Below are positions 9,392-17,658 of a DNA stretch of 45,169 nucleotides, piece by piece. Source of the DNA: Dehalococcoidales bacterium (lineage in GTDB: Bacteria > Chloroflexota > Dehalococcoidia > Dehalococcoidales > RBG-16-60-22). The first letter of the stretch is position 1. Each line of letters opens with the position of its first letter. The stretch lies in contig DATKWF010000113.1 in assembly GCA_035529715.1 (NCBI GenBank), positions 1-45,169 on the forward strand, written 5' to 3'. The position numbers were made by a program, and so were the translations under genes. A model generated the notes under the pieces. It worked only from the letters and a program-made list of their open reading frames with translations. It was not told the origin of the DNA and did no database searches.

Positions 9392-10332
9392 TGCCAGTCA
9401 GGGTAGTTACTGATAGTAGCTCTGACCTTTCTCCCCAGGTGGCTCAAGAACTGGGGATTACTGTAGTACCCCTTTATTTGCATTTTGGGGATAAGGTCTA
9501 CCGTGATGGGGTTGACATAAACCACGATGAATTTTACCAGAAGTTAGTGGATAGTCCTGTTCATCCCACTACCTCTCAGCCACCGCCGCTGGATTTTGCC
9601 GAGGTCTATAACGGACTTGCCAAGGAGACTGACGAAGTAGTTTCCCTCCACCTATCCAGCAAGACAAGCGGTACCTATAGCTCGGCATTGCGGGGCAAGG
9701 AGATGATTCGGGAAGGCTGCCGAATTGAGGTGGTTGATACTCTTTCCGTATCCATGGGTCTGGGGTTGATAGCGATGGCTGCCGCCAGATTAGCCAAAGC
9801 GGGTGAGAGTTTGCAGGGGGTAATGGATGAGATAAGCCAGGCAATTTACGCCACCCGTATCATTGGGCTTTTTGATACCCTGCGCTATCTGCTTCTGGGT
9901 GGGCGTATCGGCAAGGCTAAAGCCCTGCTGGGCACTCTGCTCAATGTAAAGCCGTTGCTTACCATGCGTGATGGAGAAATTTTACCACTCGGTATGGCTC
10001 GCACTCGTGCCAGAGGCGTGGAGCGCTTAATTGATTTTGTAAAAAGCGCATTGCATGTTCAGGAACTGGCTATTATACACAGCACCACTCCTGATGAAGC
10101 CAGTTCGCTTAAGGAGCGCATAGCTGCTTTCCTGGCTGAAGACAGGATTCACATCGCCAGATTGGGGCCGGCGCTGGGAGTTCATGGTGGTCCGGGCACT
10201 CTGCTCCTGGCTTTGAGGGAAAAGGCGAGCGGCGTTATGCAGGAGGCAAGGGAAGGTGAGCATCTAAAGAAGAAGTTTTCCTTACCTTCTTTATCTATAC
10301 CTAAATTAAAATTTTCCTGTCCCGGATTATAG
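9391..10332 (+). CDS. DegV-family fatty-acid-binding protein (FakB-like), copy 2, with a ~35-aa C-terminal tail
   Basis: A paralogue of the preceding gene (VVTDSSSDL, TSQPPPLDF, LHLSSKTSGTYSSA, LLLGGRIGKA). Its GTG start overlaps the upstream stop (TAGTG) and follows AAGGAG. Confidence 0.85.
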   Translation: MPVRVVTDSSSDLSPQVAQELGITVVPLYLHFGDKVYRDGVDINHDEFYQKLVDSPVHPTTSQPPPLDFAEVYNGLAKETDEVVSLHLSSKTSGTYSSALRGKEMIREGCRIEVVDTLSVSMGLGLIAMAAARLAKAGESLQGVMDEISQAIYATRIIGLFDTLRYLLLGGRIGKAKALLGTLLNVKPLLTMRDGEILPLGMARTRARGVERLIDFVKSALHVQELAIIHSTTPDEASSLKERIAAFLAEDRIHIARLGPALGVHGGPGTLLLALREKASGVMQEAREGEHLKKKFSLPSLSIPKLKFSCPGL

Positions 10333-10356
10333 TTACCCGACTGTGGAAGATAGACA

Positions 10357-12816
10357 TTGTCAATGAATGATGAATCGCTGCGTAAAATTCTTGAGCTTGA
10401 GCAGAAAAAGGGTTACGTGGATTCAGCGGTATTTGGTGGCCTTGATAAATTCCTCCGCAACCGGTCCGGTCAGACTCTGGAGTCAATAACTAATCCCCGT
10501 CTTTTAGGCCGTTTTCGTCGTCTGGTTAGCTGCAACTATGCCTCTTTGACCAAGCCGCAGCGCAAGGAATGGGTGAATGATGTGCTTGAGCTTCTGGCTG
10601 AGGCGGAACCCGGCGGGAAAAGGGGGAGTAAACTGCCGGCAAGTGGAAAAGTCCCTTTGACCAAAGCCAGGGCACCGGCGGCAAGCCGGTCATCTCCGCC
10701 GCCGGGAGGGTATAGTATTGATTCACCGATTACCATTACCAAGGGGATTAGCACCAGCCTGACTGCCAAGTTTGGCAAGCTGGGTGTGAAGACAATTCGA
10801 GACCTGCTCTATTTCTTCCCCCACCGCCATCTTGACTACAGTCAGAAGAAGTTTATCTCGCAGCTCAGCGAAGGGGAAGAGCAGACGATAGTAGCCAATG
10901 TGTGGCAGGCCCAGGAGACATTCCTGGGTGGCAGGCGGGGCACCGAAGCTATTGTGGGGGATGAGACGGGCAATGTCAGGGTGGTGTGGTTTAACCAGCC
11001 CTATCTGGCAAAGAAACTGCCAACCAACACCAGGATAGTTATCAGCGGGCGGGTAAGTCTGTTCAAGGGACGACATGTGTTTGAGTCCCCGGAGTGGGAG
11101 TTCGTGGAGGAGAAAGACCTGATTCATACCGGCCGTCTGGTCCCGGTCTATCCGCTTACTCAGGGATTGCGTCCCCGCCAGGTACGAAAGCTGATGAAAG
11201 GGGTTATTGACCAGTGGGCATGGCAGGTGGAGGACTTTCTGCCGGGGGAGCTGAGGGAAAGGCGTAACCTTCTGGCACTGCCGGAGGCGATAGGTCAGGC
11301 TCATTACCCGGAGGATGCGGCAACGAAGGACAGGGCAAGGGTCCGCCTGGCTTTTGACGAGCTCTTTCTTCTACAGCTGGGTGTGATGAGTCGGAAGCAT
11401 GACTGGCAGGAGAGTCAGCCGGATAGTGTATTCAATATCGATAAGTCACTACTGGAAGCTTTTCTGAAGTCTTTACCTTTTGAGTTGACCGGAGCGCAGA
11501 AAAAGGCGCTCAAGGAGATACTGGCGGATTTGCAGAAACCGCAGCCGATGAGTCGTTTGCTGCAGGGTGAGGTGGGCAGTGGAAAAACAGTGGTAGCTGC
11601 TGCCGCTTTGCTGATGGCGATAGCTAACGGCTATCAGGCAGCCTTTATGGCACCTACCGAGATTCTGGCCGAGCAGCATTTCTATACCATAAGTGAGCTT
11701 CTATCCCGGGCAGGTGAGCCGGCGGAGAAGGATGCCTACCTGCGAAGTTACTCCGGGCTTTTACCCCGTCCTATCACTGTGGCGCTGCTTATCGGTGATA
11801 TAAATCAAGCCAGGAAACAGGAACTCCAGCAACATATCCAGGCCGGTGATGTAGATATCGTTATCGGCACTCACGCTCTTATTCAGAAGGGGATGGAGTT
11901 CCATCATCTGGGTCTGGCGGTGGTGGATGAGCAGCACCGGTTTGGGGTTACACAGCGCTCGGCACTGCGGCAGAAGGGGTTCAAGCCCCATATGCTGGTG
12001 ATGACGGCAACGCCTATCCCCCGGACCCTGGCTCTCACCATGTATGGCGACCTTGACCTGGCGGTTATAAATGAGCTTCCACCGGGCAGGCAGGTGGTGA
12101 AAACTAAATGGCTGGAGCCACGGCAGCGTGACAGCGCCTATGCCTTTTTGCGCCGTCAGGTGGCTGGCGGACGTCAGGCTTTTATCGTCTGTCCTCTTAT
12201 TGAAGAATCGGAGGCTATCCAGGCTCAAGCAGCCGTGGCTGAACACCAGCGCCTGTCTAAAGAAGTCTTCCCCGACTTGAAGCTGGGCCTGCTTCATGGA
12301 CGCCTGTCATCGGTGGAGAAAGATGAGGTAATGCACCGGTTCCGCTCCGGTGAACTGAATATACTGGTTTCAACGCCGGTGGTGGAGGTTGGTATTGATG
12401 TCCCCAACGCCGCGGTAATGCTGGTGGAAAGTGCTGACCGTTTTGGGCTCTCCCAGTTGCACCAGTTCCGAGGTCGGGTCGGGAGGGGGCAGGAGCAGAG
12501 CTACTGCATGTTGCTTGCCGATAATCCTTCCGAGGTAGCCATGGAGAGGCTTGGCATAATAGAAAAAAATCAGGACGGGTTTGCCCTGGCTGAGGAGGAC
12601 CTGAGGTTGCGGGGGCCGGGAGAATTCTTTGGCACGCGGCAGAGCGGACTGCCTGACCTGCGTATGGCTAAACTTTCCGATGTGCCGCTGTTGGAGATGG
12701 CCCGCAGTGAAGCAATAAAGCTCTTTGAAGTAGACCCGGGTCTGGGGAGACCGGAGAATCGCCCTCTAGCTCAGGAGCTGGGGCGGGTCTGGCCGGAAGC
12801 CGGCGAGTGGAGCTAG
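10357..12816 (+). CDS. recG: ATP-dependent DNA helicase RecG (with a ~130-aa N-terminal extension)
   Basis: Helicase motifs GEVGSGKT, VVDEQHRFG, MTATPIPRTL and HQFRGRVGRG, with the wedge-domain region upstream of them. The start is TTG at 10357, or alternatively ATG at 10363. Confidence 0.92.
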   Translation: MSMNDESLRKILELEQKKGYVDSAVFGGLDKFLRNRSGQTLESITNPRLLGRFRRLVSCNYASLTKPQRKEWVNDVLELLAEAEPGGKRGSKLPASGKVPLTKARAPAASRSSPPPGGYSIDSPITITKGISTSLTAKFGKLGVKTIRDLLYFFPHRHLDYSQKKFISQLSEGEEQTIVANVWQAQETFLGGRRGTEAIVGDETGNVRVVWFNQPYLAKKLPTNTRIVISGRVSLFKGRHVFESPEWEFVEEKDLIHTGRLVPVYPLTQGLRPRQVRKLMKGVIDQWAWQVEDFLPGELRERRNLLALPEAIGQAHYPEDAATKDRARVRLAFDELFLLQLGVMSRKHDWQESQPDSVFNIDKSLLEAFLKSLPFELTGAQKKALKEILADLQKPQPMSRLLQGEVGSGKTVVAAAALLMAIANGYQAAFMAPTEILAEQHFYTISELLSRAGEPAEKDAYLRSYSGLLPRPITVALLIGDINQARKQELQQHIQAGDVDIVIGTHALIQKGMEFHHLGLAVVDEQHRFGVTQRSALRQKGFKPHMLVMTATPIPRTLALTMYGDLDLAVINELPPGRQVVKTKWLEPRQRDSAYAFLRRQVAGGRQAFIVCPLIEESEAIQAQAAVAEHQRLSKEVFPDLKLGLLHGRLSSVEKDEVMHRFRSGELNILVSTPVVEVGIDVPNAAVMLVESADRFGLSQLHQFRGRVGRGQEQSYCMLLADNPSEVAMERLGIIEKNQDGFALAEEDLRLRGPGEFFGTRQSGLPDLRMAKLSDVPLLEMARSEAIKLFEVDPGLGRPENRPLAQELGRVWPEAGEWS

Positions 12817-12880
12817 CTAAGAAACAGACAGCTTACCTTTACAGTCTTCTTTTTTTGGGCTAAAATTAAGTACGACTTGA

Positions 12881-12955
12881 GCGGGAGTAGCTCAGTGGTA
12901 GAGCATCTGCTTCCCAAGCAGAGGGTCGCGAGTTCGAGCCTCGTCTCCCGCTCCA
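12881..12955 (+). tRNA. tRNA-Gly (anticodon CCC), CCA encoded
   Basis: The cloverleaf was folded by hand. Acceptor is GCGGGAG/CTCCCGC. D arm is GCTC-AGTGGTA-GAGC. Anticodon stem is TCTGC/GCAGA with loop TTCCCAA. T arm is GCGAG-TTCGAGC-CTCGT. The 3' end is T-CCA. Confidence 0.9.
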
Positions 12956-12971
12956 TTTTATGAAGCTAAAA

Positions 12972-13003
12972 AAGCCCTTATGCAGTAATTAACATAAGGG
13001 CTT
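12972..13003. terminator. Bidirectional rho-independent terminator-like hairpin
   Basis: AAGCCCTTATG-cagtaattaa-CATAAGGGCTT is an 11-bp perfect stem, flanked by an A-run upstream and TTTT downstream. It lies between tRNA-Gly (+) and the 3' end of the minus-strand DUF4238-like gene. Confidence 0.7.
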
Positions 13004-13100
13004 TTCGATTAAATGGCACTAATCAGATTTGGTGGTACCCTTAAAGTTCTCGGAGGGTGTGAAATTAATTAAGCATCATAAAGCCAAGGATCAAAAGGGG

Positions 13101-14159
13101 TTAGATGTTATCTGTCTCTTTGAGTAATTGGGGATCTCTGTACATTCCTAGGGTATCATAAGGAGAAGGATAATGTCTTTTTGCTTTCTTCAATATTTTA
13201 ACGAAAGACAGATTCAAATCCCTACGAGTTACGGGAGGAAGTGCGTGTATTAATAAATCCTTCTTGCTAGAGGCCTGTTTTAGAGCTTGATATTCACGTA
13301 TAACAATCCTGTCTTTCCTCATATATGCTTGTGAATCTTTAGCCAAAGCTTTTATATAGTCCTCAGTGATACTATGGTCAAAGTATAAGACTTGGTCTGC
13401 GTTTATGAATTGAAATATGTTTATCTCATCAATATCTTTAGGATTAGATATATTTATTACAGAATCTCTTCTATTACCTACACGGTAAACATTATCATCG
13501 TAGAACATTAAACAGACATCTGGGCTTATGCTGAGCAGTATTTGCAGTCCTTTGCAAGCAAAGCCAACATGCGACCGAGTATATTCCTTTGAATAATACT
13601 GGTTGTGCTTTATCACAGGATTATCCGAAGTAATAAACTTACGATCAATATTGCTAAAAAGAAGCCTACAATTCAGGTCTAATGAGATAATACAGCATTG
13701 TTTCAATGAGCTTAGTGCAATAATGGGAGCCTCTTTAGTCTCGACCTTAAAAGCATCGAGATATTTTATTATATAGGGATCTCCTTTAGATACGGTCTCA
13801 ATCACCTTGTTAGACATTTCGTTCATCGTATCGGCTACGTATCTAGTTCTTTGTGAAAGTGATATTAAAAACAGAAGTAAATATCTATAATCATCAGTTT
13901 GTTTTTTCGGAATTGTCCCTCGCTTGAGTATTTGAGATATGATGCCAGCTACGCTGCCCTCAAGATCTGCTAAATCGTTTTCTAAAGTAAGATCTTTACC
14001 ATAAAAATAGTCGCAATAAGATTGGTTTTTCAGATTACCGCATGGGATATATTTCATTGGATCTGTTACGAATATTCCAATGGTTTTATTATCGTTTTGA
14101 ATAGAGAAATTTCTTAGATAAAAACGCGGAATAAAATGCTGCTTTTTCTTCTCAGTCAT
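13101..14159 (-). CDS. Hypothetical protein, DUF4238-like (function unknown), in an AT-rich islet
   Basis: A long ORF in a visibly AT-rich stretch. The N-terminus from the internal ATG reads MTEKKKQHFIPRFYLRNFS. As I recall it, this matches the H-[FY]-[IV]-P-x-F-Y-L-[RK]-x-F signature of Pfam DUF4238. The 22 codons upstream of that ATG in the ORF track (to 14225) are probably not translated. The domain assignment comes from memory, not from a search. Confidence 0.6.
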   Translation of the reverse strand: MTEKKKQHFIPRFYLRNFSIQNDNKTIGIFVTDPMKYIPCGNLKNQSYCDYFYGKDLTLENDLADLEGSVAGIISQILKRGTIPKKQTDDYRYLLLFLISLSQRTRYVADTMNEMSNKVIETVSKGDPYIIKYLDAFKVETKEAPIIALSSLKQCCIISLDLNCRLLFSNIDRKFITSDNPVIKHNQYYSKEYTRSHVGFACKGLQILLSISPDVCLMFYDDNVYRVGNRRDSVINISNPKDIDEINIFQFINADQVLYFDHSITEDYIKALAKDSQAYMRKDRIVIREYQALKQASSKKDLLIHALPPVTRRDLNLSFVKILKKAKRHYPSPYDTLGMYRDPQLLKETDNI

Positions 14160-14248
14160 AAGCCTTAAACCATTATAATACCGCAGCGATATATTACACC
14201 TAGAGGGACTATGAATCAACCACAATTGAACTGCACCGGAATGCGGAA

Positions 14249-14851
14249 TCAGTCGGTAAAAACGTAGCCTCCTTTTTTAAGGTAGGAGTAAGAGGCAATC
14301 AGGGTAAAGATAATCGCCAGGTACATAAGGGCACCAAGCAGCAGACTTGAACCTATACCAAGAATGCCCACAGCCAGCGTTGACATCTGAACGGAGTATG
14401 TGACCCTGGCTATCTGGGTGGGAGATGGAAATTCCATCGCGCGATTGCGCTGCTTCCACATAAAAGTAAATACCCCCGCCAGCACGGTGATATCTGCAGC
14501 TATCACAATCACCGCATAAGGGTAGGGATTGAAAGGCATAAGGCCAGCCGTCCGTTGCCAGAGACCCCCGGCTATGGATAGAATCAAGGTGGGAGTCATT
14601 AGCACCCGGTCAGCGACCAGGTCAAAAAGTGCTCCGGCCAGAGTTGATTGCCCCAATCTGCGAGCCAGGAGGCCATCCAGTCCGTCAGTAGCCCAGGCGA
14701 CAACGAGCAAAATGCCAGCCCAGGTAATTCCGGTTACGTCTGCCTGAATCAGGAGCATGGCGATAATTACAGCCAGGACGACACGTGCCGAGGTGATAGC
14801 ATTGGGAACGTTAAAGCGCCATGACAGTGCCTGCTCTATCGAATCACTCAT
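14249..14851 (-). CDS. CDP-alcohol phosphatidyltransferase family protein (PgsA-like)
   Basis: The signature D-G-x2-A-R-x8-G-x3-D-x3-D is present (TDGLDGLLARRLGQSTLAGALFDLVADR). The product is a multi-helix hydrophobic protein of 200 aa. Confidence 0.8.
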   Translation of the reverse strand: MSDSIEQALSWRFNVPNAITSARVVLAVIIAMLLIQADVTGITWAGILLVVAWATDGLDGLLARRLGQSTLAGALFDLVADRVLMTPTLILSIAGGLWQRTAGLMPFNPYPYAVIVIAADITVLAGVFTFMWKQRNRAMEFPSPTQIARVTYSVQMSTLAVGILGIGSSLLLGALMYLAIIFTLIASYSYLKKGGYVFTD

Positions 14852-15038
14852 AGGCTACAATCCTGCAGGGAGGGGATACTTCTCCGCGCTGTTTTTATAG
14901 AGCAGAATAGCACGATATAGAGATGCCTGTCAAAAGAGAGCCGTTCGCAGTTGTAAATTACGAGCCTATTGGCGAGATGAGAGCGGCTAAATAATTATAA
15001 AGTTTTATTTAAAAATGTTAGTCTACGGCTTTACCTGG

Positions 15039-15047
15039 TGCTATAAT
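15039..15047 (+). promoter_or_regulatory. Candidate extended -10 promoter element (TGcTATAAT) upstream of the MFS gene
   Basis: TGCTATAAT lies in the AT-rich 315-bp intergenic region, about 120 nt upstream of the MFS start. There is no good -35. This is sequence-pattern evidence only. Confidence 0.35.
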
Positions 15048-15166
15048 ATGCAGGATAGCGGTACAGGTTCAAAAGTAGATAATCCCGATACTTATAATTA
15101 AGTGGTCGTGGATTTTATAGAGGAGTTGTCATTAAGAAACCCGGCTTTCGCTCATCTATTTCTGGG

Positions 15167-16321
15167 TTGCTGGTACTTTTTGTGCTTGCCCATTTTGTAC
15201 ATCACCTGCTAGCAGCACTGCTGACCCCGCTTTTGCCATTCATCCGTGACGAGTTTGCTCTTGACTATACTCAGGTGGGGTTGCTGGTATCAGCATTTAC
15301 TGTGGCATATGGTCTCAGTCAGCTGCCGGCGGGGTGGCTGGCTGACCGAATTGGCACCCGCACGGTAATAAATATCGGCATCACCGGAGTGGCATTAGCT
15401 GGACTGTTGGTCGGTCTTTCGACAACCTATGTTATGCTGGCTGTTTTCCTGGTACTGCTGGGAGTAACGGGTGGTGGCTATCACCCGTCTTCCTCCCCGC
15501 TTGTCTCGGCAACAGTTAAGCCGAAGAACCGGGGGCGGGCGCTGGGACTCCACCAGACCGGCGGTGCTGCCAGCTTTTTCTTGACACCACTGATTGCGGT
15601 AGGTATTGCTACTGTTCTGGGCTGGCGTGGTTCATTCATCTTGGTCTCTATTCCTACTTTTATGTTTGGAATAGTGTTTTACGTGTTGCTGAGGAGGTGG
15701 GGATATAAACAAAAGACCGAAGCAGAGATGCACGCTGAGCCTCAATCAAAAGTAACTTCCACGGGTAGTTTGCGCCGGCTGGTAGCGCTTATGATTCTGA
15801 GTACCTTCAACTTTGCGCTGATTTTTTCCGCAATATCTTTCGTCCCGCTGTTTGTCGTTGACTACTTGAAGGGTAGCGAGGAAGCTGGAGCTGCCATGTT
15901 AGCTCTCATCTATTCTGGCGGAATCTGGGCAGGACCTCTGGGCGGTTACCTTTCCGACCGTCTGGGAAGAGTACCGGTACTGGTGGTGACTTGTCTCATC
16001 TCCGGGCCGGTCGTTTATCTGCTGAGCCTGGCACCATTCGGCTGGAGTCTTTCGGTAGTATTGATTGTCACCGGCATGGTTATGCATATCCCGATGCCAG
16101 TGTCAGAGGCTTACATTGTTGGTCATATCCCGGAGCGCCGCCGCTCAACGGTACTTGGTATCTATTTCTTTCTCGCCAGAGGTGGCCCCGGCATTATTAC
16201 GCCGGTAATAGGTTATATCATTGACCGTTATAGCTTTTATGCCGGTTTTACTGTTGTGGGCGTGGCACTGGTGGTGCTGACTCTTGGCTGTGCCACTTTG
16301 TTATGGAAAAGCCGGGACTGA
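15167..16321 (+). CDS. MFS-type transporter
   Basis: The product has about 12 predicted hydrophobic segments and an MFS-like loop motif (GWLADRIGTR, and in the second half GGYLSDRLGR). The TTG start is uncertain. The frame stays open upstream to 15128 with no canonical start. Confidence 0.75.
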   Translation: MLVLFVLAHFVHHLLAALLTPLLPFIRDEFALDYTQVGLLVSAFTVAYGLSQLPAGWLADRIGTRTVINIGITGVALAGLLVGLSTTYVMLAVFLVLLGVTGGGYHPSSSPLVSATVKPKNRGRALGLHQTGGAASFFLTPLIAVGIATVLGWRGSFILVSIPTFMFGIVFYVLLRRWGYKQKTEAEMHAEPQSKVTSTGSLRRLVALMILSTFNFALIFSAISFVPLFVVDYLKGSEEAGAAMLALIYSGGIWAGPLGGYLSDRLGRVPVLVVTCLISGPVVYLLSLAPFGWSLSVVLIVTGMVMHIPMPVSEAYIVGHIPERRRSTVLGIYFFLARGGPGIITPVIGYIIDRYSFYAGFTVVGVALVVLTLGCATLLWKSRD

Positions 16322-16468
16322 GCGCTTCTTAAATCTCCGTTATTCCTTCTTTATCCCAAAGTAACTATGTTTCCCATAGGTTGTTGTCAAACTAGAAATG
16401 CTGGGTCGCATTGGGCTATAATTAGTCATTGCGGTGATTCAAAATCAGCCCTGGCAGGGAGAGGTATT

Positions 16469-17641
16469 TTGGACGCAGAGAAACTGAAAGCCTCAGTTAT
16501 AAATGATATAGACACCCGCCGTAATCAGCTTAATGATTTGAGCCTGAAGATACACTCAAACCCTGAGCTGTCTTTGCAGGAGTTCAAGGCAGCGGCCTGG
16601 TTGGCGGAGTGTCTGAAGGAAAACGGCTTCGCTATAGAGTCGGGTATTTGTGAACTGCCGACTGCTTTCAGGGCGAGTTATGGAAAGGGGAAGCCGGTTA
16701 TTGCTATTCTGGCGGAGTATGATGCCTTGCCTAAACTTGGGCATGCCTGTGGTCATAACTTGATTGCCGCCAGCGCAGTAGCTGCCGGGGTAGCTTCCAA
16801 GCTGGCTGTTGACCGTTTCGGAGGAAGCGTTCTGGTTATGGGAACGCCGGGAGAGGAGAAGCAGGGGGGTAAGGCAATGATGGTTAACCGGGGTGCCTTT
16901 GAGGGTGTGGATGTGGCAATGATGGTGCACCCGGGGGTGGTAAACACAGCTACTACCCAACTCCTGGCTTTGCACACCCTGCGGGTTGAATTCTTTGGTA
17001 AAGCGGCTCATGCTGCTTCCCGACCGGAAGAGGGCATCAATGCCCTGGAAGCAATGCTGCAGTCGTTTACTGCCATTAACTCGCTTCGGCAGCATATTAA
17101 GGATAAAGCCCGCATTCACGGCATTATCACTGATGGTGGTGAAGCGGCTAATATTGTCCCTGCCCACAGTGCCGGGGACTTCATAGTGCGTGCCGAGGAT
17201 GACCAATATCTTGATGAACTGAAGCAGAGGGTTATAAACTGTTTTACCGGCGCCGCGGCTGCCAGCGGTGCCAGGCTGGAATATAAGTGGGGCGAGGTAC
17301 GTTATGCCTCGTTACGTAGTAATTTAACCCTGGCCCGGCTGTTCAGGCGGAACATGCAGTCGCTGGGTCGTAAAATGCATCTCAATGACCCTGAGCGTAG
17401 TTCTATAAGCAGTGACATGGGTAATGTAAGTAAGGTGGTGCCCGGCATTCATCCCCTGGTAGCTATAGCCCCGGCTGAGGTGCTGGGTCATTCTCCTGAG
17501 TTTGCCTCGGCTTCTGCTTCAGAAGACGGACTCCGTGGGCTTCTTGATGCAGGTAAAGCAATGGCGATGACGGTGGTTGACCTGCTGGCTAATCCTGAAA
17601 TGGTTGCCATGGCTAAAGAGGAATTTGATAAAGGGAAATAA
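16469..17641 (+). CDS. M20-family metallo-amidohydrolase (AbgB / aminoacylase-like)
   Basis: Metal-ligand region LPKLGHACGHNLIAAS, plus GTPGEEKQGGK and MMVHPG. I prefer the in-frame TTG at 16469, which follows GGGAGAGG. The 34 extra codons in the ORF track (from 16367) are Cys/Trp-rich and look non-coding. Confidence 0.75.
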   Translation: MDAEKLKASVINDIDTRRNQLNDLSLKIHSNPELSLQEFKAAAWLAECLKENGFAIESGICELPTAFRASYGKGKPVIAILAEYDALPKLGHACGHNLIAASAVAAGVASKLAVDRFGGSVLVMGTPGEEKQGGKAMMVNRGAFEGVDVAMMVHPGVVNTATTQLLALHTLRVEFFGKAAHAASRPEEGINALEAMLQSFTAINSLRQHIKDKARIHGIITDGGEAANIVPAHSAGDFIVRAEDDQYLDELKQRVINCFTGAAAASGARLEYKWGEVRYASLRSNLTLARLFRRNMQSLGRKMHLNDPERSSISSDMGNVSKVVPGIHPLVAIAPAEVLGHSPEFASASASEDGLRGLLDAGKAMAMTVVDLLANPEMVAMAKEEFDKGK

Positions 17642-17658
17642 CAACCCAAGGAGGGTTG

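Noticed and set aside
12956-14248. An integrated mobile element with att sites at tRNA-Gly
   Set aside because: No integrase or recombinase gene is present, and I found no repeat of the tRNA 3' end (…TCGTCTCCCGCTCCA) at the far boundary. The region is therefore reported only as a compositionally foreign islet, not as a defined mobile element.
16367-16468. The 34-codon N-terminal extension of the M20 amidohydrolase ORF
   Set aside because: It has no SD and an odd composition (MFPIGCCQTRNAGSHW...). An in-frame TTG at 16469 sits right after GGGAGAGG and gives a normal-looking M20 N-terminus.
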